Shown one piece after another: positions 52,679 through 63,609 of a stretch of DNA of 64,000 nucleotides. The notes beneath the pieces are model-generated. The model was given only the letters and a program-made list of their open reading frames with translations, made no database searches and was not told the origin of the DNA. This DNA is from an uncultured Gemmatimonadales bacterium (GTDB taxonomy: Bacteria; Gemmatimonadota; Gemmatimonadetes; Gemmatimonadales; Gemmatimonadaceae). How positions within the stretch are numbered: position 1 is the stretch's first letter; each line of letters starts with the position of its first letter. The translations under genes were made by a program, and so were the position numbers. The stretch lies in contig CAVPQB010000004.1 of the NCBI GenBank assembly GCA_963707505.1, forward strand, positions 448,001-512,000, written 5' to 3'.

Positions 52679-55600
52679 CTACTTGGCGTCCAGCTTTCGG
52701 CCCGCGTTGAGATGATCGAAGTTCAGGATCGTGTTGAACACGAGGGGATAGCTGCCGATCGTCTCGCCGCGATAGATCGGGTTGTTCGCGAACAGGACCA
52801 CATGTCCCTTCTCGCAGCGGAACGTCGACCACGACCGGGCGTCTGCGCGATGTCGCTGCCGCCGTCGAGCAGGCCGGAGACGAGCAGGTCGCGCTGATCG
52901 GTGAAGCGTACCGCAACGCGCGGCCGCTGTCGGGCGGGATGATCGATGAGCGGATTGCGCAGCTGCTCGTCGGTGATCGGTGCCGCCTGCCACGGCTCGA
53001 CGGTCACGCGAGGCGGCGCCATCGTTGCGCGGTGCAAGCGAGGTCGGCCCTGCGGCACGTCGGGATCGTCCGCCGTGCCGCGGCCCGTCGGCCGCGCACC
53101 GCGCTCGCCACCGCCGAAACGACTTCCCCGCCGCGACCGCCGCGGACGTTGCTCACGCTGAAGCTCTCGCCCTCTTCGCTGTACAACGGCGAGGCTGTCC
53201 GACACGCCGTACACGATCGGGCTCGCGTCGTCCACGATGCGCGTGCGCAGCAGGGTACCGACGACCTCGCCGCGTCCTGCCTGATTCGCGCTGACGCCGT
53301 TCGCGAGTCCGAACTGGATCGCGAAATCTGCGGTGTTCTGGACAGTGACGAGCACGCCGCCGCGCTGCACGAAGCCTTCGAGATTCTCGAACTCCCTGGC
53401 AGCCGAGTCCGGGACGGATGTCGTCGGTCTGGCCCAGCGTCCCGATGTTCGGCGTGAGCGGAGTCTTCTTCCACGGCATCGGATTCCGCCACATCGGCAT
53501 CCCTGGACGATCGCCTGCGCGTTCCGCCGGCCGGCGGAAAAAGAATCACGTCGTACTTCGCGTTCAGATTCGGATTCTTCGCGACGTCCTGACGTCTGAT
53601 GTAGTCGTACGGGATGTGGAGGACGTCGAACGCCTGGCGCCACCAGCCTTCGGTCTGCGTGCTCGGCCACGTGTGCAGGATCGCGACGCGCGCCGCGCGC
53701 GCGGGATGCATTGCAACGATCGGCGCGGCACGGAATCGCGTACGCTTGAGACACCGAGCTCGCGCGCCGCCTTGTCGAGATCGCCGCTGCGACGTTGCCG
53801 ATGACGAACGAGCCGCGATCGAAGTGCTTGCCCGTCGGCCTCGAACGGCTCTTCGGCGGCCTGGAAATCGGCGTTACGCGAGCCGATAGCGCAGCGTCGC
53901 GAGCGCGTTGTCGCCGTTGTGGTTGATCGCGAACACGGTCCCGGTGCCGGTCACGCCGCCCGGCGCCTGTGATCGTCGCCGGTGACGCGCTCCATCGGCA
54001 CGTCGAGCACCTGTCGGATCCGACGACGCGCACCGCGCTGCACGGCGAAATCCTCCGGGAAAGGTCCAGCCGGTGTCGTCGTACGGAGTCTTCTGCGGAT
54101 CGTTCGGGCTCCAGTACTGATAGTCGAGCAGCGCGTCGGCGATGCGCGAGTACGGCTGGTCCATGCGGATGATGTAGCTGCCGGCCGGAAACTGCGCGGC
54201 GTTTCGGTGCGCGCGTAGTACTGGGTGCCGCGGGCTGCGCGCTGCTGCGACTGCGGTCCGCGCTGTCGCGCCGCGTCTCGCGCGCCCCGCGCTGCGCGAG
54301 CCCTCGGCACCTGTGCACCGTGAACGGCGCCGTCGCGCGCGAGATCTCGACGTGCTGCTTCTGGAGGATCGCGCAGCAGCTCGGCCTGCGCGCCGGGACG
54401 CGGGTCATCCGCGGGAAGTACGTACGCGGCCGGCCCTTCGGTGTTCGCCTTCAGAATCGAGCGCTTGCTCTTCTCGTAGAAGTTCTCGAGGAACTGCTGG
54501 CGATTGTTCGCGAAGTAGCTGAGCGAGACGAGCAAGCCGGTCTGCTCGTAGTTGTTGTTGTTGCGGAGCGACCACTTCACGCGCGGCAGCGGCGGATTCT
54601 GGCGGTACCACGTCCGCGCCGTCTCGCTCGGCGACAGCGTGCGCTCCAGCGTCTCGGCCGTGCCGCCGTTGCCGAACGTCTCGTACAGGCGGCTGATGCC
54701 GTTGTGCGTCGCGGCCATGAACATCAGGTAGCCCGGCGACCACGTGTCGAAATCGCCGTGCGCGAAGACGCCCGGCATGCCGAGGCGCGTCATCTCCTGC
54801 ACGTTGTTCCAGCCGATCATCTGCCATTCGTTCGTGAGCAGCGGATCGAGCCACGCGTTGTACGGCCCGTCGCCGATCGTGTTGTCGTACAGGTACGGCA
54901 CCGACTCGTGCAGATCGTGCAGCACCTGCGCTTTCCAGTCGACGTACGTGTTCAGCACGTTCTGCGAGAGCTTGAGCGTCATCCCCATCGCGTCGCGGTT
55001 GTTGTCGTGCGCGACGTAGTGGCCCCAGTAGATGAGATTGCGGAGTACGTCTCGTTCGGGATGCGCCATGTGCCAGCGGAACAGATCGACCATCGCGGTC
55101 GCGCCCGTCGACTTCGACGATCGGCGTGATGAGCGTGATGAGGTGGTCGCGGATGTTGCTTGATGTACGGGCTCTCATCCACGGCGAGCCGATAGGCGAG
55201 CTCCATCAGCGCCGTCGGCGCGCCGGACTCGGTCGAGTGGATCGTGCCCGTGATGTAGTAGACCGGCGTCGTCGTCGCGCGACGATGCTGCGCGGCCTCC
55301 GCGTCGTTCATGTTGATCGTGCGCGGATCGGCGAGCTTCGCGAGCTTCGCCTTGTTCGTCGTCGAGCTTGGCCATCAGCGACTCCGACGCGACCGCGACG
55401 GCGATCATCTCGCGCCCTTCTTCCGTCGTGCCGATCGAGTACACTCTGCACGCGCGGACTCGCCTTGGCGAGCAGGCGCATGTACGCGTAGACCTCCTTC
55501 GAGTACGGGAGATTGTCGCGCGCGCCGGCGATGTCGCCGAGGACCGCTTTCGGCGTCGGGACGGTCTTCGACGCCGGCAGATAGTCGACGAGCGGCGAGA

Positions 55601-55791
55601 GGAAGAACGGCTCGGTGGTGTACTCGCGAATCTTGTCGCGTGTACGCGTCATCGATCGGCTGATTCGGATCGCGCCCTGGTGCCGCCGTCGATATTTCGA
55701 CGCTGCTGGCCTGGGGCGCCTGTGCGCGCATGGCGACTGGTGCGCCGATCAATGGAAGCAGCAGCGCGACGGCGAGTGAGCGACGATCCAT
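52679..55791 (-). CDS. M14 family zinc carboxypeptidase (~1000 aa), heavily frameshifted
   Basis: Signal peptide MRA|QAP; fragments SIGTTEEGREMI, TIHSTESG, YVAHDNNRD, HDLHES, YETFGNG, PYDDTGWT, EGWWRQAFD, GHVVLFANNP join into one gene across more than 10 frame breaks. Confidence 0.8.
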
Positions 55792-55932
55792 GAATATTCT
55801 CATCGAATGGGCTGTGGAAATGGCAGGGGAAGCGACGGTGGCAAAGCAGAATCGGTCATCCGGACGTACAGAATGCAGATTATACCGGCGATACGGAAGC
55901 ACCGCCGCACACTTACCTCTGGAAAAATCTGA

Positions 55933-58066
55933 ATGATTATCGATCGGGTAGCCCGCCGCCTAACGCTGCCACGCCTGCTAGGTCTCGCAACTGCCGCCGG
56001 GATCCTGATCGGGTCTCCCGTTCGTGCGCAGGATCGCCTGAGGGCGATGCCGGAGTACGCGCGTTATCACAGACTCAGCGCAGAGATATTGAGCTCGGTC
56101 ACGAGCGCCGCCATCCGGCCGGTATGGGTCGATAGCGGAAAGGCGTTCGAGTATGAGTTTGGTGGCCAGCGGTACCACTATGACGTCGCCAAACGCGTGG
56201 CAACTGTTTCCGGCGCCGTCGATGCGGCCGCCGAGCTGGCAGCGCGGCGCGCGCGACTCGCCGGTGGCCCGGAGCGTGGACGCCAATTCGAGTCTGCGTT
56301 GTCTCCGGACGGCAAGCTCAAGGCGTTCTACCGCGACCGCAACATGTGGCTCAGCGATGCCAGCGGAGCCGGCGAGATTGCGCTCACCACCGACGGAAGC
56401 GTCCCCAATCGCATCAAGAACGGCACAGCTTCGTGGGTGTATGGCGAGGAGCTGGATCAGCGCACCGCCATGTGGTGGTCGCCGGACGGGTCGAAGATCG
56501 CCTATTATCGCTTCGACGAGAGCAAGGTCCCCGATTACTACATCGGGATGAATCAGACCGGGCTGCACACGACGGTCGATGTCGAGGCCTTCCCTCAACC
56601 CGGTGTGCCCAATCCGATCGTCGACCTGTTCGTGTATGACGTCGCCAAAAAGACCACGACTCGCATCGATGTGCGCGATGGAAAACCATTCGATAATACC
56701 GTCGTCGGCCATTACGTCTATCACGTGGACTGGAGTCCCGACGGACACGAAATCACCTTCAATCGCACGAACCGCCGCCAGAACGTTCTCGAGTTCACCG
56801 CGTGCGATCCCTCCAGCGGAAAATGCCGAGTGGTGGTGCGTGATGCATGGCCCGCAAGCTGGGTCGCGAACAATCCGGAGATGACGCTACCTCGCCGACG
56901 GCAGGCGCTTTATCTGGGAATCGGAGCGTAACGGTTTCCGTAATTATTATCTGTACGACCTGACGGGCAAGCTGCTCTCGACTCTCACCAGCAACCAGTT
57001 CGACGCAGGAGAGATCGCCCGCGTCGACGAGAAGGCGGGCGTCATGTACTACACCGCCCACGATGGTGACAACGCGATGAAGATGCAGCTGCGTCGCGTT
57101 GACCTGAACGGCCGTAACGACCGTCGGCTCACCGATCCTGCCTTCGATCATACGATAAGCTTCGCACCGGACGGAAAATACTTTGTCGACGTCGCGCAAA
57201 CTCACGATCGGCCGCCGATAGCACAGCTCGTTACAGCCGCCGGTAAGGTCGTTGCCCAGATCGCCAGGAGCGACATGACGAAGTTCGACCAGCTCGGTCT
57301 CAAGCGCGTGGAAATGTTCAGCTACAAGGCGGGTGACGGAACGACGATGCTGAACGGGATGCTGCACTTTCCTTCCAACTTCGACCCGAACAAGAAGTAT
57401 CCGCTGCTCGTCAGCGTCTATGGCGGCCCCAATACCAACGGTGCAAGTGAAACCTTCACGCTTCCGAATCGACTCACCGAGCTCGGATTTCTGGTAGCCA
57501 CCCTCGACTCACGAAGCGCCGACGGCCGCGGCAAGCATTTCCTCGACGCCATCTACGAGAAGCTCGGCATCGTCGAGATCGACGATCAGGCCGCGGGTGT
57601 CCGTGCACTCGACGCGCGCCCATACGTCGACCGCAATCGGGTTGGAATTTACGGCACGTCGTACGGCGGATACGCGTCGCTCATGTCACTGCTTCGCTAT
57701 CCAGATCTCTTCGCAGCGGCATGCAGCATGTCGCCGCCGACGGACTGGCGCAACTACGACACCATCTATACCGAGCGATATATGTGGATCCCGGAGGAAA
57801 ACGCCGCGGGCTACGATGCAGGAAGCGCGATGACCTACGCATCCCAGCTCAAGGGGCGGCTGATGCTCTACTACGGAACCGCCGACAACAATGTCCACAA
57901 CTCGAACACCATGCAGATGATCACCGCGCTGCAGAGGGCAGGCAAGAGCTTCGATGTACAGGTCGGGCCGGACCAGGGTCATTCCGCCCTGAATTCCGAG
58001 CGGATGATGGAATTTTTCATCGACAATTTGCCGGCCAACACGGACGTATCTGTTGTCACCCACTAG
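55933..58066 (+). CDS. S9B dipeptidyl-peptidase IV family protein; frameshift near 56884
   Basis: Signal peptide VRA|QDR, NGTASWVYGEEL, WWSPDG, VYGGP, GTSYGG, GTADNNVH, GH. Confidence 0.92.
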
Positions 58067-58102
58067 CCCAATCCGCGGTCGCCGTTTTTCTTCATTGGAT
58101 CA

Positions 58103-59710
58103 ATGGCGACCGCAGCAGCAGTACCCGCGAATGCCTCCGAATCGGAGGAGCTGAACCCCTACCGCTGGATCATCCTGGCCGGGCTCATAACGGCAGCGAT
58201 AATGGAGGTGCTCGATACCACCATCGTCAACGTCGCACTTCCCCAGATGGCCGGAAACCTGGGCGCCACGCTCGAGGAAATCGGCTGGGTTCTCACAGGC
58301 TATATACTATCGAACGTCGTCGTCCTCCCGATGACGGCGTTCCTCACTGAAACCTTCGGCCGGAAAAACTACCTCACGGCGTCGATCATCATCTTCGTCG
58401 TTGCGTCGTTTCTCTGCGGCACATCCACCAGCCTCACCGAGATCGTCATCTGGCGAATCGTTCAGGGCGCCGGTGGCGCAGCCCTGCTTTCCACCGCTCA
58501 GGCCACGATCCGTCAGATCTTCCCCCGCGATCAGCAGGGCATGGTCCAGGCGATCTTCATACTCGGCATCATCGTCGCCCCAACGCTTGGTCCAACCCTG
58601 GGCGGCTGGATAACGGACAACTACAGCTGGAACTGGTGTTTCTTCATCAATATTCCGATAGGAATCATCTCGGCGTTCCTCGTCAGCACGTTTCTCCACG
58701 ACCCCCCCGGCAAGCGAGGCAGGGAAGGCGGGATCGATTTCGCCGGGATCCTGCTGCTCATGGTCGGCGTGGGATCCTTGCAGTACGTCCTCGAGGAAGG
58801 CAACCGCAACGACTGGTTCGCAGATTCACTCATCCTGCGTCTCTCAATCATCTCCGGCATCTGTCTCGTCGTGATGCTCTGGTGGGAGCTGTCGTCGCGG
58901 AACAAGCACCCGGTTGTCGACTTCAGAGTCCTCAAGAACCGCCAGCTGTCGGCGTCGATCTTCCTCTTCATCGCGCTTGGCTTTGGTCTCTATGGCGGTA
59001 CCTTCATCTTCCCGCTCTTCACCCAGACCATACTCGGCCTGACCCCCCTGGACACCGGTCTAGCGCTGCTGCCGGGAGGAATCGCAACCGCGGTTGCCGC
59101 AATCATCTGCGGCAAGCTTCTGAATGGAGCCAAGCCGATGGTGGACGCGCGCATCCTTATAGTGATCGGTATTTCCATCTTCACCGTCGCCATGTGGAAG
59201 CTGGGCCACCTCACGCCACAGGCGGGCGAGGGCGACGTTCGATACGCATTGATCTATCGTGGCTTCGCGCTTGGCTTCCTCTTCACGCCTATCAATAACG
59301 TCGCCTACGGCGTATTGGAGCCAAGCGAGGCGCAGCAGGCCTCCGGCCTCATCAATCTGTCGCGCCAACTGGGTGGCTCGTTCGGCATCGCGATTCTGAG
59401 CACGTATGTGACCACCCACGCCCAGATTCACCGCGCCGATCTGATCACAAATCTATATTCGACCAATCCAGCACTGGTCGCGCGCCAGCAAAGCGTGATC
59501 GCTGGTCTCATGGCTCAGGGGATGCCCGCGGTAACCGCCGCCAGAACATGGTACGCCATGCTCGAAGGTACCCTGGAGCGGCAGGCGTCCATGCTCAGCT
59601 ACAACGATGCGTGGATCATGATCATGCTCACGTTTATTGTCGTCTCTCCAGCCGTGCTCCTCCTCAGGGCTCCCCGCCCGAGGAGCGGCCCAGCGCCGGA
59701 CATGCACTAG
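58103..59710 (+). CDS. DHA2 (EmrB/QacA) MFS efflux permease
   Basis: MEVLDTTIVNVALP, WRIVQGAGG, APTLGPTLGGWITDNYSWNWCFFINIPIG, RQLGGSFG. Confidence 0.95.
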   Translation: MATAAAVPANASESEELNPYRWIILAGLITAAIMEVLDTTIVNVALPQMAGNLGATLEEIGWVLTGYILSNVVVLPMTAFLTETFGRKNYLTASIIIFVVASFLCGTSTSLTEIVIWRIVQGAGGAALLSTAQATIRQIFPRDQQGMVQAIFILGIIVAPTLGPTLGGWITDNYSWNWCFFINIPIGIISAFLVSTFLHDPPGKRGREGGIDFAGILLLMVGVGSLQYVLEEGNRNDWFADSLILRLSIISGICLVVMLWWELSSRNKHPVVDFRVLKNRQLSASIFLFIALGFGLYGGTFIFPLFTQTILGLTPLDTGLALLPGGIATAVAAIICGKLLNGAKPMVDARILIVIGISIFTVAMWKLGHLTPQAGEGDVRYALIYRGFALGFLFTPINNVAYGVLEPSEAQQASGLINLSRQLGGSFGIAILSTYVTTHAQIHRADLITNLYSTNPALVARQQSVIAGLMAQGMPAVTAARTWYAMLEGTLERQASMLSYNDAWIMIMLTFIVVSPAVLLLRAPRPRSGPAPDMH

Positions 59711-59716
59711 CAGTAA

Positions 59717-59743
59717 GGGGCGCGGGACACATCCGCGCCCTGT
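59717..59743 (-). repeat. Second copy of the REP-like hairpin (may double as terminator)
   Basis: Reverse complement ACAGGGCGCGGATGTGTCCCGCGCCCC versus GTAGGGCGCGGATGTGTCCGCGCC at 42731. Confidence 0.7.
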
Positions 59744-59785
59744 CGTTCGCGGATATATCCACGCATGGCCTCCGTGCGTGCGATC

Positions 59786-59812
59786 GAACCCCGATTGACG
59801 AGATTCCGCACA
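59786..59812 (+). promoter_or_regulatory. Putative ECF promoter GAACC-N16-CGCACA
   Basis: 35 nt upstream of the ECF start; same geometry as the motif before msrB. Confidence 0.5.
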
Positions 59813-59847
59813 ACCTCCAGCCCGATCCCGCCGTCCAAGGAGAGACA

Positions 59848-60420
59848 ATGACGGCACCCGTAACCGACATCACATCCGCGCGGTCCGAGCGAGAGCTCGT
59901 CACCCGCGCCGGCTCTGGAGATCCCGCCGCACAGCGCGATCTCTACGACCGGCACGTGGATCGTGTGTATCGAGTGGCCTTCAGATTGGCCGGCGACGAC
60001 GACGCCGCACGCGATATAACGCAGGAAACGTTCATTCGCGCATTCGGGAGACTCGGGGAGTTCAGGCATGAATCAACGCTCGGCACGTGGCTGCACAGTA
60101 TCGCGGTTTCCATCGCACTCGGTGCTCTGCGCAAACAATCACGCATGGACAAACGGCACGCGCCACTCGATGCTGCCGCGGATGTTGGACGCAATGATAA
60201 CAACGCTGACGTCGATCTCCGAGAGCAATTGCATGCGGCGATCGACGCGCTGCCAGCCGGATACCGCACAGTGTTCGTGATGTATGAGATCGAGGGGTTC
60301 AGCCATCAGGAAATTGCACGCACTCTCGGTGTCGCCGAAACGACATCCAAGGGACAGCTATTTCGGGCGCGCGCAAAGCTGCGCGAATCGCTCAAGCATT
60401 TCGCGAGGGACAAACAATGA
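59848..60420 (+). CDS. ECF sigma-70 factor
   Basis: AAGGAG RBS; DAARDITQETFIRAF, TWLHSIAV, GFSHQEIARTLGVAETTSKGQLFRAR. Confidence 0.95.
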   Translation: MTAPVTDITSARSERELVTRAGSGDPAAQRDLYDRHVDRVYRVAFRLAGDDDAARDITQETFIRAFGRLGEFRHESTLGTWLHSIAVSIALGALRKQSRMDKRHAPLDAAADVGRNDNNADVDLREQLHAAIDALPAGYRTVFVMYEIEGFSHQEIARTLGVAETTSKGQLFRARAKLRESLKHFARDKQ

Positions 60421-61279
60421 GCCACGACAACTACACCCACGACCAGGATCCGGGCGATTCACTGGAACCGATGGTGAACGATGCCCAGGACGCGGAGCTC
60501 GACGCGCTTCTTGCCCGGTTCGGCGCGGATTACAATCGACCACCCGACATCGTGCCGCGCGAAGAGATGTGGCACGAGATACGGAAGCAGGGCGAGCTCC
60601 GGCGATCGATTCGTAGGCGGCCAGTATGGGGCGTGCTCGTGGCGGCTGGTCTCCTGCTCGGCGTCGGCATTGGAATCGGTGTGGAAGTGCACTCACGCGT
60701 CGGGCCACACGCGAGTCCACTCGCGCAGAGCGCTCCGCAGAGCGTGCAGGCGCGCAGAGTGCGCCTCAGGTAGCGGTCGCGGTGCCGCAGCCGCGCGATT
60801 CCACCATCGATACCGGCGACGCGACTGAGACCAGGAGCCTGCAACCACTACCGGCCCATACTCGCATCACAGCGAATCATGGAACGTATGCGACTGTCGA
60901 CGGCGCGGCGGGATCGAACGCCGCTGCGCGCTCGCAAGCGTATACACTGGCGACGGTTCGCCATTTCACAGCGGTCGAGGCTTTACTTACCTCGTACCAG
61001 ACCGAGGCGCACGACGCGCGCGGTGACGCCGAAATGGCATCGTGGGCGCGTGCTCTGCTGTCGCAGACGCGTTTGCTGCTCGATTCGCCCGCCGCCGCCG
61101 ATCCAGCGCGACAGAGACTATTGCAGGACCTCGAGCTCGTGCTCGTTCAGATGACCCAACTATCACCGGCGAACACGCCGATCGATCGAGAGATGATCGA
61201 CGGATCGGTTCGCCATTCCGATGTCATAACGCGACTTCGTACCGCAGTACCGGCGGGCGTCGCAACGCACCTACAATAA
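60417..61279 (+). CDS. Putative single-TM anti-sigma factor; frameshift near 60750
   Basis: ATGA-coupled to the sigma gene; cytoplasmic PREEMWHEIR, TM WGVLVAAGLLLGVGIG, helical periplasmic domain LLSQTRLLLDSP...LLQDLELVLVQM. Confidence 0.75.
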
Positions 61280-61291
61280 GGAAGGATCGAC

Positions 61292-62689
61292 ATGAAGCTC
61301 TACATAATCTGCGCGATCGCGGCCTCGCTCTCGATTCCAGCGCCGCGAGCGTTCGCAGCAGCGGCTGCGGCAGATAACTCGGCCACACGCAGTGGTGCTA
61401 CATCCGCGCTCTTCGGTCCGGCGACCGCCGATCCCGCTGACTCTCTGTATCGCAGCGCTCGCGATGCGCTCACCAAGGGCGACTACGATCGCGCTGCGAA
61501 GCTGTTCCACGAAGTCGGCGTACGCTATCCACAGTCGTCGCTGTTGCCGGATGCGATGTACTACGAGGCCTTCGCTCAGTATCGCTCAGGCGGCGCTGCG
61601 TCGATGCGCACGGCGCACAACATTCTTGCAACGCTCCAACAGCGTTTCCCTGCCTTTGGCCGTCGCAGCGACGCAGCCACGCTCGCGACGCGAATATGCG
61701 GAGAGCTCGCACAACAGGGCGATGCTACCTGCGCTGCAAGTATAGCGGCCCAGGCTTCCGGAACTGCTTCGGGCAGTTCCACTGCGCGCGGTGCTGCGTC
61801 GGCCAAGTGCGTCAACGAAGACGACGATGAGCGTGTTGCCGCCCTCAACGCGCTGCTGCAGATGGACGCGGATCGTGCCGAGCCAATCCTCGAAAAGGTG
61901 CTCGCGCGCCGGGATGAGTGCTCCGCGTCGCTTCGCAGAAAGGCTGTATTCCTCGTGGCCCAGAAGCAGTCGCCACAAGCCGTGGACGTATTGCTCCACG
62001 TAGCACAGACGGACCCCGACGCCGATGTCCGTGGTCAGGCTGTCTTCTGGTTGTCTCAGGTGCACAGTGACCGCGCTGTGAGTGTGCTGTCGGACATACT
62101 GCACAAGTCGTCCGATCAGGAACTCCGCGACAAGGCGCTCTTCGCGCTTGGCCAGTCGGACGGCGAACGTGGGACGAGCATTCTTCGCGCATACGCGTCC
62201 GATGCGTCGCAGCCGAGCGCACTACGCAGCAAGGCGATCTTCTGGCTCGGCCAGCAGAAGGGTGGAGTGCCGAATGCCCAGTTCCTTCGTGACCTCTATG
62301 CAAAGCTCACCGACGATGATCTCAAAAACCAGACGCTTTTCGCAATTTCGCAGGGCTCGTCGCCCGATCGCGCAGAATGGCTGCTGCAGCTGGCGCAGCG
62401 CGGTAATGAGAGTGTCGAGAACAGAAAGCGTGCGCTCTTCCTCGCCGGTCAGGCTGGAGCTTCGATCCCGCAGCTAAGCCGTCTCTACGATGCGCTGCCG
62501 CCGGGCGAGCTTCGGGAGCAGATGATTTTCGTCTTCTCTCAGAGTCGCGAGCCTGCTGCGCTCGACAAGCTCATTTCCATCGCGCGCACCGACAAGGATA
62601 CCGAGTCGCGCAAGAAGGCGATCTTCTGGCTCGGACAGTCACACGATCCACGTGCAATCAAGGCCATCACCGAGGTACTCGACAAGTGA
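61292..62689 (+). CDS. Secreted TPR + HEAT-repeat protein
   Basis: Signal peptide, BamD/TPR-like ADSLYRSARDAL...DAMYYEAFAQY, then about 9 repeats of R-x-x-A-[VIL]-F-x-L-[GS]-Q. Confidence 0.85.
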   Translation: MKLYIICAIAASLSIPAPRAFAAAAAADNSATRSGATSALFGPATADPADSLYRSARDALTKGDYDRAAKLFHEVGVRYPQSSLLPDAMYYEAFAQYRSGGAASMRTAHNILATLQQRFPAFGRRSDAATLATRICGELAQQGDATCAASIAAQASGTASGSSTARGAASAKCVNEDDDERVAALNALLQMDADRAEPILEKVLARRDECSASLRRKAVFLVAQKQSPQAVDVLLHVAQTDPDADVRGQAVFWLSQVHSDRAVSVLSDILHKSSDQELRDKALFALGQSDGERGTSILRAYASDASQPSALRSKAIFWLGQQKGGVPNAQFLRDLYAKLTDDDLKNQTLFAISQGSSPDRAEWLLQLAQRGNESVENRKRALFLAGQAGASIPQLSRLYDALPPGELREQMIFVFSQSREPAALDKLISIARTDKDTESRKKAIFWLGQSHDPRAIKAITEVLDK

Positions 62690-63522
62690 TAGGAGATTCG
62701 ATTTTCCCCAGCGCGCGAACAATTCTCGCGCTCGCAGTGCTCGCGGCCACATCCGTCTCTGCCGGTGCGCAGTCAGGCCAATCGATCGCGGACCGCGTGC
62801 GTTCGGCGCCGGATGGAACAGTGCGGTTCACATTCCGCGCCCGTCCGGATGTATGTGGCTCCGGCAATTCGGTTTATGTCGGCAACAATGGAAGTCGCAA
62901 TACGTCCGGACAACGCAACACCGCAGATGTCGAATGGGACGCCGATTGCGGGCGCGGTCCGGTGCGTATCGTGCTCGACGTGCACGATCACACGGTGACG
63001 GGCCTCAGATCATATGTCGGCGGACGCTGGCGTCCGGTGACCGGCGTCACCGATCTTGGCGACCTCGCGCCACAGACCGCCGCTGCTTACCTCATTGCAC
63101 TCGCGAAGCAATCATCTGTCGCGGTTGGGAAAAAAGCCATCTTTCCTGCCACGCTTGGCGACAGTGTGGTCATCTGGCCTCAGCTGATGCAGATCGCGCG
63201 TGACGCAAGCATACCCAGCGAGATCAGACGTGACGCCGTCTTCTGGCTCGGCCAGATGGCCGGCGACACTGTTACCGCAAATCTCTCTCAGTTGGTCGCA
63301 GAAGACACTGTCGATCGTGCAGTCCGCGAGAGCGCCGTATTCGCACTATCGCAGCAACCCCACGGCGAGGGAGTGCCGGCTCTGATTCACGTCGCCCAGA
63401 CCAATCGCGATCCGTCCGTACGGAAAAAGGCGCTCTTCTGGCTCGGACAGTCGAACGATCCACGGGCCCTTACATTGTTCGAGAATATCCTGGCCGGTTC
63501 GGGCAAGTCCGGGCGACAATAG
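62686..63522 (+). CDS. Secreted HEAT-repeat protein with N-terminal beta domain
   Basis: Signal peptide AGA|QSG, Cys pair, repeats RRDAVFWLGQ, RESAVFALSQ, RKKALFWLGQ; GTGA overlap. Confidence 0.85.
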   Translation: MIGDSIFPSARTILALAVLAATSVSAGAQSGQSIADRVRSAPDGTVRFTFRARPDVCGSGNSVYVGNNGSRNTSGQRNTADVEWDADCGRGPVRIVLDVHDHTVTGLRSYVGGRWRPVTGVTDLGDLAPQTAAAYLIALAKQSSVAVGKKAIFPATLGDSVVIWPQLMQIARDASIPSEIRRDAVFWLGQMAGDTVTANLSQLVAEDTVDRAVRESAVFALSQQPHGEGVPALIHVAQTNRDPSVRKKALFWLGQSNDPRALTLFENILAGSGKSGRQ

Positions 63523-63548
63523 AACCATTTTGCTCGTCCTGGCGTACA
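63522..63548 (+). promoter_or_regulatory. Putative ECF promoter GAACC-N16-CGTACA upstream of msrB
   Basis: Matches the motif at 59786-59812 in both boxes and spacing. Confidence 0.55.
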
Positions 63549-63609
63549 TATTCCAGACAGATACGCGGTACGGAATGTGCCCGATCAACCCTACTTCAGG
63601 ACGCGCACG

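Noticed and set aside
55844..55911. Further copies of the GAACC-N16-CGYACA promoter before the DPP-IV gene
   Set aside because: CGTACA and CGCACA are present, but there is no GAACC at the required spacing.
6060..60760. Programmed frameshifting or mass pseudogenization as an explanation for the many split genes
   Set aside because: Breaks hit essential-type genes (lptF) and unrelated genes alike, lack slippery heptamers, and are single 1-2-nt indels with otherwise intact coding sequence, consistent with long-read error.
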